Source of the DNA: an uncultured Verrucomicrobiae bacterium
Lineage (GTDB): Bacteria; Verrucomicrobiota; Verrucomicrobiia; Chthoniobacterales; UBA10450
Direction: 5' to 3'
DNA length: 64,000 bases
Assembly: GCA_963726745.1 (NCBI GenBank)
Contig: CAVSDR010000006.1
Span: 864,001 to 928,000 of the forward strand
Part shown: positions 1 through 12,030 of the stretch, piece after piece
How positions within the stretch are numbered: position 1 is the stretch's first letter
Layout of the letters: each line of letters starts with the position of its first letter
Made by a program: the position numbers and the translations under genes
Notes under the pieces: model-generated
What the model saw: only the letters and a program-made list of their open reading frames with translations
Database searches by the model: none
What the model was told of the DNA's origin: nothing

Positions 1-262
1 GCTCGCGCTGAAGCACAACTTCACCGCGCGCATTAGCACGCAGCTGGCCGTGGCCTACCAGCACGATCAATACGACCAGACGATCAACAACGCGGCCTTC
101 GACGAAGATGCTTTCGATATCTCGCTCTCCGCGCGTTACGCGATCACCCGGAACTGGACCTTCGACCTGGGCTACACGCACAGCGAAGTCATCTCGCCGG
201 CGGCCCTTTTCCGCGATTACTCCCGCAATCAGTATTACGCGGGCGTGACCTTCCTCTGGTAG
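1..262 (+). CDS. Outer-membrane beta-barrel protein, C-terminal part (polysaccharide-export locus associated); runs off window start
   Basis: Alternating beta-strand pattern ending YYAGVTFLW (C-terminal aromatic BAM signal); directly upstream of wzc and wza. Confidence 0.65.
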   Translation, partial: LALKHNFTARISTQLAVAYQHDQYDQTINNAAFDEDAFDISLSARYAITRNWTFDLGYTHSEVISPAALFRDYSRNQYYAGVTFLW

Positions 263-335
263 GGAGTGTGGCGGCTGCGCCGCTTTGCTTCTGACGGTTT
301 TCAAGGTAGCATAGCTGCCCCCCACCTCATTTCTT

Positions 336-2492
336 ATGGCCCATTCCGAAGAAGCTAAACTGCACTTTCTCGACTACTGGAGAGTCATCCGCGTCCGTTG
401 GGTGCTCATCCTCCTGGCCTTCTTCCTGGTCCTCCTCACGGCTGCGGTGGTGACCTATTTTCAGCCGCGCGAGTATCAGTCTTCCGTCTTCATCGAGGTC
501 CGCTCGACCGCGCAGAATCCACGCATTTTCTCGACCGGCGACCCGAACATGCCGATCCACGATCCGCAGCTTGCTCCAACCGTTTTCCAGGTCATCCAGC
601 GGACGGGCGTGCTTTATCCGGTGATCGAAGACCTCCGCCTGCAGGACAAATGGGCCAAGGGCGGCTTCCGGCCCTCGCGCGAGCAGGCTTACCAGCGCCT
701 CCGCAGCAAGCTCAACGTCGATGAAGTGCGCAACACCGACCTTCTCCAAATCAGCGTCCTGAGCACCGATCCGCAGGAAGCCGCGGATATAGCCAACAAG
801 ATCGTGGCCGTCTACCAGGAGACGCGCGTTCAGGAAGAGAAGGAAATCCTTAATCGCGCCCTCGCGAGCATGAATGAGGAAGTCGGGAAGCAGCAGAAAA
901 AAGTCGACGACTCCGCTACGGAAGTCGCCCGTATCCGCGATCAGGAGGGCATCGTCGACCTGAACCCTGAAGGCACCGAGGACACGCAGACTCCGTTGAA
1001 TACCATCGTGCTCAAGCAAGGGGCGGAAGTGAACGACGCCGAGACCAAGGCCGCCAATCTGGTCAACCAACTCGAGCAAATCAAGAATGTCACCGGCGAC
1101 GACCTCATGCGGATGATGCCGACGTTGAATATCCAGGATCCGACGGTGCTCAAGATTCTCCCGGTCTACCAGGAAGCGGTCGCGCAGGAAGCACTGCTCT
1201 TGAACTCCGGGCTTGGGGAAAATCACCCGAAGGTCAAAGCCTTGCGCGCACAGAAAGACGTCTACACGAAGCAACTCGAAGGGCAGGTCGCGATCATCCG
1301 CAGCGCGCTCGAGAAGAACGTGCAGAGCGCGCAGTCTAATGTCGAAGAGCTTCGCAAGCGCCTGGAGGAAATCAATCAGAAGCAGCTGAGCAGCAAAAAC
1401 CTCAGCGCCACCTACACCCGCGCGAAGAACAATTACATCAAGGAGAAGCTCCTTCTCGATAGCGTCCGCGCCCGCGCACAGACCCAGACGATGGAACTCG
1501 CGATGCCGCGCATGGCCGTGAGCGTGAAGCAGGTCGCCGAGCCGGCGAGCTATCCTTCGCGGCCGCGGGTTTCGCTCAACCTCGCGCTCGGCGCGCTTGT
1601 TGGCCTCGTTGTCGGCCTCGGCCTCGCCTTCTTCATCGAGTATCTCGACACCAGCGTGAAGACGATGGAAGACGTCGAGAGCCTTCTCGGCGTGCCCGTG
1701 CTCGCGATCATTCCGAAGAACATCAAGCTCCTGCACAAAGAGGCGGGCGACACCCCGGATGCCGAGGCCTATCGCATCCTGCGCACGAACATTGAATTCA
1801 ACCGCAAGAACCCCGAGGCCAACGCCATCTCCATGGTCAGCGGCGGCCCGGGCGAAGGGAAATCCACCACGCTGGCTAATTTGGCTTTCACCTCCGCGCA
1901 GGGCGGCTACACCACTTTGATCGTCGACGCCGATCTTCGCCGTCCGGTGCAGCATTCCTTCTGGGATGTGAGCAACAAAGTTGGCCTAACGAACTATCTC
2001 ACCACCGACATCCCGCTGGAGGACGTGATCCTGCCGACGACGGTGGAGAATCTCTCCATCCTCCCCAGCGGCATCCTGCCGGCTGATGCTGTCGGCATCC
2101 TCAATTCTCAGCGCATGTCCGACATGATCGCGGAGTTGAAGACCCGTTACGACATCGTCTTCTTCGATTCCCCACCAATGCTCGGCGTGAGTGATGCCTC
2201 CGTGCTCGCGAGCGAAGTCGACCAGACGATCATGGTGGTGCAACATCGCCGCTTCCCGCGCGCTATGCTCAGCCGGGTGAAGCAAGCCGTGCTCGGCGTC
2301 GGTGGCACCGTTCTCGGTGTCGTCTTGAACAACGTCGACCTGAAGCACGACCAGAACTACTACTACTACACCAACTACTACGGCTACTACACGCCGCGCG
2401 AGGGCGAGAAGAAGGGCGGCCGCGAATCGCGCCGCACCGCTTCGACTACGACCACTGCGAGCAATGGTTACTCCGATGGAGAGGAATACTAA
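336..2492 (+). CDS. wzc: Polysaccharide co-polymerase / BY tyrosine kinase (Wzc family)
   Basis: Two TM segments flanking coiled coil; Walker A GPGEGKST; DADLRRP; DSPP; C-terminal Tyr cluster YYYYTNYYGYY. Confidence 0.92.
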   Translation: MAHSEEAKLHFLDYWRVIRVRWVLILLAFFLVLLTAAVVTYFQPREYQSSVFIEVRSTAQNPRIFSTGDPNMPIHDPQLAPTVFQVIQRTGVLYPVIEDLRLQDKWAKGGFRPSREQAYQRLRSKLNVDEVRNTDLLQISVLSTDPQEAADIANKIVAVYQETRVQEEKEILNRALASMNEEVGKQQKKVDDSATEVARIRDQEGIVDLNPEGTEDTQTPLNTIVLKQGAEVNDAETKAANLVNQLEQIKNVTGDDLMRMMPTLNIQDPTVLKILPVYQEAVAQEALLLNSGLGENHPKVKALRAQKDVYTKQLEGQVAIIRSALEKNVQSAQSNVEELRKRLEEINQKQLSSKNLSATYTRAKNNYIKEKLLLDSVRARAQTQTMELAMPRMAVSVKQVAEPASYPSRPRVSLNLALGALVGLVVGLGLAFFIEYLDTSVKTMEDVESLLGVPVLAIIPKNIKLLHKEAGDTPDAEAYRILRTNIEFNRKNPEANAISMVSGGPGEGKSTTLANLAFTSAQGGYTTLIVDADLRRPVQHSFWDVSNKVGLTNYLTTDIPLEDVILPTTVENLSILPSGILPADAVGILNSQRMSDMIAELKTRYDIVFFDSPPMLGVSDASVLASEVDQTIMVVQHRRFPRAMLSRVKQAVLGVGGTVLGVVLNNVDLKHDQNYYYYTNYYGYYTPREGEKKGGRESRRTASTTTTASNGYSDGEEY

Positions 2493-2493
2493 A

Positions 2494-3045
2494 ATGCGCC
2501 GCCTCGCTTCCGTCTTTTTCCTGCTGCTGGCTTTCGCCTTTACCGCGCGCGGTCAGGCGACTTTGCGCGTCGGCGATCCGATCGACTTGAAGGTGGCCGG
2601 CGTGCCCGCCGAGGAACAGGCCCAGCTAAACAACACCTACACCGTCGACAGCACCGGCTCGGTCAACTTGCCTTACATCAACAAAGTTCGCGCCGAAGGT
2701 CTCACGCCATCGCAGCTCGCCTCCGCGATCGAGCAGACCTATCGCTCGAATAAAATTTACACCAACCCCACGATCACCGCGGTCATGCAGCCAACCGCTC
2801 GTTTCGTGAATGTCGGTGGCGCTGTGCGCAATCCTTCCCGCGTTCCCTTCACCGAAGACATCACCCTTCTTGCCGCGATCAATGCCGCCGGCGGCTTCAA
2901 TGATTTCGCCGATCAGCGGAAAGTCCGCGTCCTGCGCGGGAGCAAAGTGCAGGTCTTCGACGTGCGCGAATCCCGTCGCGATCCGTCCAAGGATCTCAAG
3001 CTCCAGCCGGGCGATCGCGTGGAAGTCCCGCAGAGCTTCTTCTAA
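2494..3045 (+). CDS. Polysaccharide export protein (Poly_export + SLBB, Wza-like)
   Basis: Signal peptide; LRVGD...VDSTGSVNLPYI; GGAVRNP; AINAAGGF; LQPGD motifs. Confidence 0.88.
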   Translation: MRRLASVFFLLLAFAFTARGQATLRVGDPIDLKVAGVPAEEQAQLNNTYTVDSTGSVNLPYINKVRAEGLTPSQLASAIEQTYRSNKIYTNPTITAVMQPTARFVNVGGAVRNPSRVPFTEDITLLAAINAAGGFNDFADQRKVRVLRGSKVQVFDVRESRRDPSKDLKLQPGDRVEVPQSFF

Positions 3046-3058
3046 ACGAAGTCGCTGT

Positions 3059-3637
3059 CTATTCGTCGGTCGCAATGACCGCGCGGTGCCGCCAGGCGTA
3101 GCCCAGGCCCGAGTAGAGCGTCAGGATCACGGTCACCCACAGCAGCAGCGTGCCGCCGATGTTCCAGGCGCGGCGCCACCAGTCATTCCCGTGGCTGGCT
3201 AATCCCAGCTCGAGCGAGGCCAGGAGCACCAGGAAAAAAATCACCGTGATGATCTGCCAGGACGTCTTGTGTTTCCCCAGTCGCTCCGCGCCGAGCACCT
3301 GGCCCTTCGAGCTCGCGACCAAGCGCAGGCCGGTAATGAGGAACTCGCGCGAAACGATGATTGTCGCCGCCCAAGCCGGGATCGCCTTCAGCGGCACCAG
3401 CGAGATAAACGCCGCCGCGATCATGATCTTGTCGACTAACGGATCCATCAGCTTCCCGAAATTGGTCACGTAGGAATAACGCCGCGCGATCTCGCCATCG
3501 AAGTAATCCGTGATTCCGGCAATCGCGAAGAGCACCAGCGCGATCGTGTGTCCGTAGGGCCAGTCCGAGTTCAGCGCCGCCACGAAGAAAATCGTCAACC
3601 CCAGTCGGCTCAGGGTCAGTCGGTTTGCCCAATTCAT
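3059..3637 (-). CDS. pgsA: CDP-diacylglycerol--glycerol-3-phosphate 3-phosphatidyltransferase
   Basis: NRLTLSR; DYFDGEIARR...GKLMDPLVDK; REFLITGLR; GKHKT. Confidence 0.92.
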   Translation of the reverse strand: MNWANRLTLSRLGLTIFFVAALNSDWPYGHTIALVLFAIAGITDYFDGEIARRYSYVTNFGKLMDPLVDKIMIAAAFISLVPLKAIPAWAATIIVSREFLITGLRLVASSKGQVLGAERLGKHKTSWQIITVIFFLVLLASLELGLASHGNDWWRRAWNIGGTLLLWVTVILTLYSGLGYAWRHRAVIATDE

Positions 3638-4056
3638 GCCGCCGAAGAAATCTTCCCCTCAGCCGCGCAGGCCACCCGTGGGTGCTTCCAGATCGGCGCG
3701 CGTTTTTTTAATTCATCCACGATCCAAACGCTCCCGCGAAACGCGGCCGCGCGATGCCGGCTGCCCACCCGCACCAGGAGCGACGCTTCCTCCACCGGCA
3801 CGAAGCCCAGGCGGTGCTGCACCAGCACCAGGCTCAGGTCGAACTGCCGCGCTGCTTCCTCCGCCAAGGCCCGCAGTTGATGCTCCGCCATCGCGCGATG
3901 CGCCTCGTACTCGATTCCGCTCAGCTCCTCCTCGCCCTCGGTCTTGCGAACTACGCCCCAGAAATCCACCAGCGCGCCCGTTTCCGCGGCGAGCGCATTC
4001 TCCGGCAGCGCAAGCGGCTCCTCCGTCAACAAAACGTCGCAGACTTGCGCGGGCAT
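3634..4056 (-). CDS. moaE: Molybdopterin synthase catalytic subunit
   Basis: [34 protein letters not shown]. Confidence 0.9.
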   Translation of the reverse strand: MPAQVCDVLLTEEPLALPENALAAETGALVDFWGVVRKTEGEEELSGIEYEAHRAMAEHQLRALAEEAARQFDLSLVLVQHRLGFVPVEEASLLVRVGSRHRAAAFRGSVWIVDELKKRAPIWKHPRVACAAEGKISSAA

Positions 4057-4114
4057 GCGTGGTAGATACGGGCAGGATTTCCGGTCAAAGCTTGGCCATC
4101 AGGAGAAACGCAAA

Positions 4115-5593
<1,479 letters not shown>

Positions 5594-5597
5594 TCGC

Positions 5598-5822
5598 ATG
5601 ACCTACATCTACGAAACCACCGATCCCTCGAAGCCGATCCGCCGCTTCGAGGTCCAGCAAAGCATGAAGGACGAGCCGCTCCGCGTCGATCCGCAGACCG
5701 GCGAAGCGGTGCGCCGCGTCATTACCGGCGGCTCCGGCGTGCTCGTGCCCGGCGGCTCCGCGGGTCCCTCGGTCGGCTCCGTCGGGTCGCACGGTTGCGG
5801 CTCGGGCTGCGGCTGCGGCTAG
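5598..5822 (+). CDS. FmdB-family zinc-ribbon-like small protein, ribbon cysteines absent
   Basis: TYIYE...FEVQQSMKDEPL..DPQTGEAVRRVI follows the FmdB pattern; C-terminal HGCGSGCGCG. Confidence 0.65.
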   Translation: MTYIYETTDPSKPIRRFEVQQSMKDEPLRVDPQTGEAVRRVITGGSGVLVPGGSAGPSVGSVGSHGCGSGCGCG

Positions 5823-5828
5823 CACTCG

Positions 5829-8800
5829 TTAGTGGAAGTCGTGCGACTCGCTCCCGCGGAAGCTGGCCTGCGCCAGCGGCTCGATCGTGCGCGCCTTGAT
5901 CAGGATGACGTTGTCGTTGTTCTGCACCTCGCCGGTGATCCGCAGGAACGGCTCCTCCGTGATTAGCAGCCGCAGCTTCTCGAAGAGGTCGGGCGTCACG
6001 ATCGCATTCGAGACGCCGGTCTCGTCTTCCAGGCTGATGAAGACAAAACCTTTCGCCGTCCCGGGCCGCTGGCGGCAAATAACGTTGCCGGCGATCTCCA
6101 CCGTCGCTCCATGCCGGGCCTGGATCAGATCGCTGGCGCGCCAGGCGTTCGGCAGGTCTGCCCGGAGCAATTTCATCGGGTGCGGACCAGTCGTTAGGCT
6201 CATGGTTTCGTAATCCGCCTGCACCCGTTCCGGCATGGTCATGGGCAGGAGCGGCGATTCTTCCTTCTTTGCGCGGCCGCGCCGGCGCTGGGCGAAGAGC
6301 GGCGCCGGCGGTTGCTCCTCCACTTCCCAGAGCGCGTTCCGGCGATGGTCGCTAAAGCAGTTGAGCGCGCCGACGAGCGCGAGCGTGCGCAAGGTCTCCT
6401 GCGGCAGCGGAAGTCGCTGTCTAAAATCCTCCAGCGACTCAAAGGCCGCGGTTTCCCGTTGCCGCACGAGGGCGACCACGTGCTCCTCTCGCAGGCCGCG
6501 GACCACGCAAAAGCCCAGGCGAATCGTCTCGTGGTCGATCACCTGGCAGCCCCAGCCAGAATCGCGCACGGAAACAGGCAGCACTTTCAACCCGTGCCGG
6601 ACGGCGTCTTTCACGATCGTGGCCGGCGAGTAAAAACCCATCGGCTGGTTGTTGATCAGGCTGGCGTAAAACTCCGCCGCGCGATGCACCTTCAAGTAGG
6701 CGCTGCCGTAGGCGAGGATGGCGAAGCTGATCGCGTGCGACTCCGGGAAGCCGTAAAGCGCAAAGGAGGTGATCGATTGCAGGATGCGCTCGATCGCTTC
6801 CGGCGCGACCTGGTTCCGCTCCATCGCGCGCCGCAGCTTGACGCTGACTTTGTTCATCCGCTCCTGCGAACGGTGGAAGCTGAGCGCGCGCCGCAGCTCC
6901 TCTGCTTCCTCGCCGGAGAAGTTCGCCATGATCATCGCGATCTTAAGCAACTGCTCCTGGAAGAGCGGCACGCCGAGGGTGCGGCCGAGGATCGGCTTGA
7001 GGCGGTCGTCAAAATAAGTCACCGGCTCCTTGCCCGCGCGCCGCGCGAGATACGGATGGACCATGTCGCCCTGGATCGGGCCCGGTCGAATAATCGCGAC
7101 CTCGATCACGACATCGTAGAAACACTTCGGCTTCATCCGCGGGAGCGTGGCCATCTGCGCGCGGCTCTCGATCTGGAAAACGCCGATCGTGTCCGCCTGC
7201 TGCATGATCGCGAACGTCTGCGCGTCATCCTTCGGGATGTGCGCCAGGTCGAGCGGCCGCCCGCGTTCCCGGCAAAGCTCGAAGGCATCCTGCATCACCG
7301 CCATCATCCCCAGGCCTAACAAGTCCACCTTCACGATCCCGAGGTCCTCGCAGTCGTCCTTGTCCCACTGCGCGACCACGCGCCCGGGCATGGAGGCATT
7401 CTCCAGCGGGACGAACGAACTCAGCTTTCCCTGGCAGATGATCATCCCGCCGGAGTGCTGCCCGAGATGGCGCGGCAGGCCGTAGATCGATTCGTAGAGC
7501 CGGACGAACGCCGGCATCCGCGGATGCGCCTTCGGCAAACCGGCCTGCTCGATCTGCGCGGTCAGGTCGAGGGTGTGCGGGAAGTCGCCATTCGCGAAAA
7601 GGTGCGAGAAACGCTCGAGGATGCCGGGCGAAAAATTGAGCGCTTTCCCGATCTCGCGCGCTGCGCTCCGGCCGCGGTAGCTGATCACGTTCGCGGTCAT
7701 GGCCGCGCCGTGTTTCCCATAGCGCCGGTAAACTTCCTGGATCACGCGCTCGCGCCGGTCGCCACTCGGCAGATCGAGATCGATGTCCGGCCAGCCTTTG
7801 CGGCTCTCGTTCAGGAAACGCTCGAAGACGAGGTGATTCGAGACCGGATCGACCGGGGTAATCCCGAGGCAATAGCAGACCGCGCTGTTGGCCGCGCTCC
7901 CGCGCCCCTGGACCATGATCCCCTGCTCGCGACAGAAATTGACGATGTCCCAGACGATCAGGAAATAGCCGGAGAACCCGAGCTTCGCGATCAGCGCGAG
8001 CTCTTCGTTGATCTTCTCCTTCACCGCGCGGCTCATCGCCTCGTAACGCTGCTGCGCGCCGAAAAGCGTGATCGTGCGCAGGAAGGAATCCATGTCGTGC
8101 CCCGCCGGCACGGGGAACTGCGGGAACTCGTAGCCGATGTTCTCGAGCGAGAATTGCAGCCGGTCGGCTAAACGCTCGGTGTTCGTGATCGCCTCCGGCA
8201 AATCGCGAAAGAGCGCACGCATTTCCCGGTCGCTCTTCAGATGGCGCTCGGCATTTTGCGTGAGCAAGGTGCCGGCCGCGTCGAGGTGCGTATGCGCGCG
8301 CATGCAGGTGAAAACATCCAGCGCCTCGCGTCCGCGCGCGGTGGCGTATTGCACGCCATTGGTGGCGAGGAGCGGGAGGCGGAACTGCCCCGCGAGATCG
8401 CGGAGCGCGCGGTTTCTCCGCTCTTCGCCGCGCACGAAATGCCGCTGCAGCTCCACGTAGACATTCTCCTGGCCTAACGAGTCGATGAGCCGCTGGGCGT
8501 AGCCTGCCGAGCGCTTGGGGAGCGCAGGCTGCCAGCCTGCTGGCCGCGGCAGCTTGCCGCGACCGCGGAGTGGTAGCCCCCACCGAGAGCGCTGGTTTAT
8601 CTTCCCGTGTTTCCGGCAGGCTGCCGGAAACGGCAGGCTGGCAGCCTGCGCTCCCCGGATTCCCCAGCAAGGCCACCAATCCGTCGGCAAATTCCCGGAG
8701 CTCGCTCCAGCGCACCGCGCACTCGCCTTTCACCTCGCTCCGAAGATGCGCCTCGGTCAGGAGTGAACAGAGATTCCCGTAGCCGGCCTTGGATTTCACC

Positions 8801-9033
8801 AGCACCGGAAGCACGCTCCCGTCTTCCATGCTCAGCTCCGCGCCGACGATCGCGCGCGTCCCCTGCTCGCGCGCTGCGACCGCTGCGCGCTGCGAACCGT
8901 AAACGCCGTTGCGATCGAGCACGGCCAGCGCCGGCATCTCCAGCTGGGCAGCGGTCTCCGCGAGTTGCTCGGGAAAGGAAGCGCCGCGCAGGAAGCTGAA
9001 GGCGCTGCAGGCGTGGAGTTCGACGTAAGCCAT
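5829..9033 (-). CDS. dnaE2: Error-prone DNA polymerase DnaE2 (ImuC); contains palindromic insertion and one frameshift near 8500-8660
   Basis: YVELHACSAFSFLRGAS PHP start in one frame; GRGSAANS, PDIDLD, PRHLGQHSGG, GFPESHA, RQRPGTAKG and C-terminal SHDFH in another. Confidence 0.93.
8517..8656. repeat. REP/REPIN-like 140-bp palindromic element inside dnaE2
   Basis: Perfect 24-bp terminal inverted repeats GGGGAGCGCAGGCTGCCAGCCTGC (8517-8540, 8633-8656), each self-complementary; inner hairpins at 8546-8560 and 8610-8630. Confidence 0.85.
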
Positions 9034-9049
9034 GATCTCGCGCCGCTCG

Positions 9050-9970
9050 TTAGTCGTAGATCCCGTCGACTTGCCACTGCCCGGCTTCCTCGTGCACCCG
9101 TGCGAGCGCCCCGCTGGCCAGTTGCACATCCCACTCCGCGCGCGCCCAGGCAGCCGTGTCCCACCATTGACCGGAAGCGTGATATGGCCCCTTCCGCTCG
9201 ACCACTTCGCGCAATGCCGGCGCCGCGCCGTGACGAAAACGCCGGAGCACTGGGCCGCTCCCATCTTGCTGGCTAATTTCCCGCGCCTCCGGCAACTCCC
9301 AGCGAAACGCCTCCATCCGGAAAACATCCGGCCGATGCGTATCCTCCAGCACCGGCGTGCCGACGCGTTCCGCGCCGAGCAATCCGGCGAGCCGCGCGAG
9401 CGTCTCCGAAAGCTGCGCTGGGTCGCGCAGCGCGCTTTCGAAAAGGCTGAACTGCTGCCGCACCGGCCGCGTGGGCTGCGCTTCCAGCGCGACCGCGACG
9501 ATCGCCGACTCCGAGGTGAAACCCTCGAGGTGCGCCTGGAGCATGCGGAAGAGCGACTCCTCATCGTTGCTCGGCTGCGGGATTTTAAACAGCCGCTCGT
9601 AGCTCGTCCGATCGTCAAAAAGGAGCCGCAGTTTCAACTCCGCGACCACGAGATATTGCGCGCCCAGCCGCAGCGCGAATTGCTGCAGGAAACGCCGGAG
9701 CATGAAGAGCAGCGGCTCGCTCGTGGAGACCTCGTGCTCGAACTCGAAGCTCTCCGCGAAGACTTCCGGCGGCTCCACCAGGCGGAGCAAACGCGTCGCC
9801 TGGCCGCGGGCCCGTTCCCACATCCGCACCGCCTCCGCGCCCAGGCGTGCGCTCACCTCGGCCCGCGGCAGCCGGGCAAAATCGCCTAACGAATGGAGGC
9901 CCCACTGGTGCAGGAGCGCGATCACCCGGCGAATTTCCGCCGCCCGTTCCGCCTCCTGCTTCGCCGTCAT
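9050..9970 (-). CDS. imuB: ImuB / Y-family polymerase-like protein, C-terminal half (thumb, little finger, tail)
   Basis: LHQWGLHSLGDFARLPRAEVSARLG; HRPD; GPYHASGQWW; WQVDGIYD; immediately upstream of dnaE2. Confidence 0.85.
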   Translation of the reverse strand: MTAKQEAERAAEIRRVIALLHQWGLHSLGDFARLPRAEVSARLGAEAVRMWERARGQATRLLRLVEPPEVFAESFEFEHEVSTSEPLLFMLRRFLQQFALRLGAQYLVVAELKLRLLFDDRTSYERLFKIPQPSNDEESLFRMLQAHLEGFTSESAIVAVALEAQPTRPVRQQFSLFESALRDPAQLSETLARLAGLLGAERVGTPVLEDTHRPDVFRMEAFRWELPEAREISQQDGSGPVLRRFRHGAAPALREVVERKGPYHASGQWWDTAAWARAEWDVQLASGALARVHEEAGQWQVDGIYD

Positions 9971-11928
9971 TGCTTGCGCGCGGCCAGCAGGCGCGCCTTC
10001 GCTTCCGCGGAAAGCGAGGAGCTGTTGATCCAGGCCGCGGCCCGGTTGGCATCCGTGCGCATCCAGGCCGCGGCCAGCGATTCGATCTGGTTGTTGCGCG
10101 TCCCTTCATTACCGATCGTCTCGGCCCATTGCGTGGCGGTCGCGGGATCGGTCGAGACCACGCGCTGCGTGTAGGCCAGGACCGCAGCGTCGCGCGAGGC
10201 GCCGCCGGGCAGGGTCGCCAACCAGGCGCCGGCAGCGTAGGGATCGCTCTGGGCCCAGCGGCTCATCAAGCTTTCAAAGGCTTTGGTGCGCGCCTTCCCC
10301 TCGGCAAAAGTCGCCGCCCAGCGGCTGGCCGCCTGCGGATCGTCGCCGGCCCACTGCCAGGCGATGGTGCCGCTGGCCGCGGTCTGCGCCTCGGCGCTCA
10401 TTTGTGGGATCAATTTCGCGGCTTCGCGCGGATCGGTTTCGGCCACGGAAGCGATCAAGCTCGGAAGCACGGCTTCGCGCGCGGCGGGATCAGTGAGCGT
10501 GGTGGCCCAGCGCAGCGCGGCCTGCGAATCGCTCCGGGCCCACTGGCGGGCGACGTTTTCGAGCAGGCCGTTGCGGCCCTCGGTTTTGCTCGTGCGGAGC
10601 GCAAAATCCGCCGCCGCCTGCGGGTCGGCATCGCTCCATTGGCTGATGATATTAGACAGCGCATTCTGTCGCGCAGTGCCTGCGGGAAGTTTCTGCGCCC
10701 AGGCGACGGCGCTTTGGATATCGCTGTTGGCCAGTTGCCCGGCGACCGCGGCGGTGGCTTCGTCCTGCGTCTTGCCCGCAGGCAGGCTGGCGACATAATC
10801 CGCCGCCGCGGCCGGCTCCGCCTGCACCCAACTGGTGAGGGCAAAACGGAGCGCATTGCGCTGGCCATCGCCCGCAGGAAGCTGCTCGGCCCAGGCGAGC
10901 GCCGCGCGCGCATCGGTCAAGGCCCATTGACGCGCGATGTTGCCCACGGAGGCGTCGCGCACGCTGCCGCCTGGGAGCTCGTTGACCAGCGCGGCCGCGC
11001 GCTGCGGATCCTTGTTCGCCCAGCTCGAGAGAATATTTTGCAGCGCATTGTTCCGGCCTTGGCCTGGCGGAAGCGTGTTCGCCCAGGCGAAAGCGGCCTC
11101 GGCATCCTGGTTGGCCCAATTCGAACCGACCACCTGGATGGCAGCGTCACGGCTGGAACCGGCCGGCAATTGCGTGGCCCGTTCGGCCGCCACCACCGGA
11201 TCAAGCGAGGTCCACTTGCTGAAGATGGGCCAGTAAAGATTCTGCCGGGTGCGCCCGGCCGGGAGCGTCTGGAGGAAATTGAGCGCGCTTTGCGGATCCT
11301 TATCCGCCAGCGCGGAGACGATGGTTTGCATCGCCTGATCGCGCGCCGGGCCCGGCGGAAGTTGCTGCGCCCAAGTGGTCGCGGCCGCGGGATCGTGCTC
11401 CGACCAACCGGAGACGGCGCTTGTGATCGCCCAATTGCGCGAGGTCCCGGGCGTGAGCCCTTGCGCGTAAGCCACCGCAGCTGCGGGATCGAATTCCGCC
11501 CAGCGACCGATGACGAGCGAAACGAGCATGTTTTTATCCTGCGGTTTCTGGAGGCTTTCCACGAAGCCGAGCACTTCGCGCAAATTCTGCGGGCTGATGC
11601 TGTCGGCTAATTTGCTGAAGGTCGCGAAAGTGCGGCGGCTATTTGGCCGGCCAAGCGCGGTCTTCATGCGCGCGACGATGCTGGCCGCGGAAGGGGCGTC
11701 GCCGCTGGTTTCGGCTTCGGCCGCATCCGGGGTCTCCGGCGCGACTGTCGGCTGCGGCGGGGCCACGGGGTGCGGGGTGGAAGTTTTGCCAGCAGCCACG
11801 CTCGCCGTCTTCGGCCCGGCTGCGACCGAGGGCGAAGGCGCCGCGGTGTAACGGCCAAGGATCAAGCCGAGCACAAGCGCCGGAAGCGCAAAGAGACTCG
11901 GGAGAAGGAAACGCTTCACGTCATTCAT
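9967..11928 (-). CDS. Membrane-anchored or exported alpha-helical repeat protein (16 x 32-aa repeats)
   Basis: N-terminal hydrophobic segment; Pro/Ala linker; repeats W-x3-DP-x-AA-x2-W-x3-LP-x-G-x2-R; stop overlaps imuB_C start (ATGA). Confidence 0.8.
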   Translation of the reverse strand: MNDVKRFLLPSLFALPALVLGLILGRYTAAPSPSVAAGPKTASVAAGKTSTPHPVAPPQPTVAPETPDAAEAETSGDAPSAASIVARMKTALGRPNSRRTFATFSKLADSISPQNLREVLGFVESLQKPQDKNMLVSLVIGRWAEFDPAAAVAYAQGLTPGTSRNWAITSAVSGWSEHDPAAATTWAQQLPPGPARDQAMQTIVSALADKDPQSALNFLQTLPAGRTRQNLYWPIFSKWTSLDPVVAAERATQLPAGSSRDAAIQVVGSNWANQDAEAAFAWANTLPPGQGRNNALQNILSSWANKDPQRAAALVNELPGGSVRDASVGNIARQWALTDARAALAWAEQLPAGDGQRNALRFALTSWVQAEPAAAADYVASLPAGKTQDEATAAVAGQLANSDIQSAVAWAQKLPAGTARQNALSNIISQWSDADPQAAADFALRTSKTEGRNGLLENVARQWARSDSQAALRWATTLTDPAAREAVLPSLIASVAETDPREAAKLIPQMSAEAQTAASGTIAWQWAGDDPQAASRWAATFAEGKARTKAFESLMSRWAQSDPYAAGAWLATLPGGASRDAAVLAYTQRVVSTDPATATQWAETIGNEGTRNNQIESLAAAWMRTDANRAAAWINSSSLSAEAKARLLAARKQ

Positions 11929-11947
11929 ATAGGCAGGGGGTTGGATA

Positions 11948-11961
11948 TGTTCAAGTGATCG
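11948..11961 (-). promoter_or_regulatory. LexA (SOS) box variant upstream of repeat protein-imuB_C-dnaE2
   Basis: TGTTC-AAGT-GATCG; 14 bp (TCACTTGAACATAT on - strand) identical to the imuA box. Confidence 0.65.
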
Positions 11962-12030
11962 TATGCAAGTCCGACGATCAAAGGACGAAAGTAAGACACC
12001 CTTCCCAAGCCATCGGTTCAGCCGAGGCGC

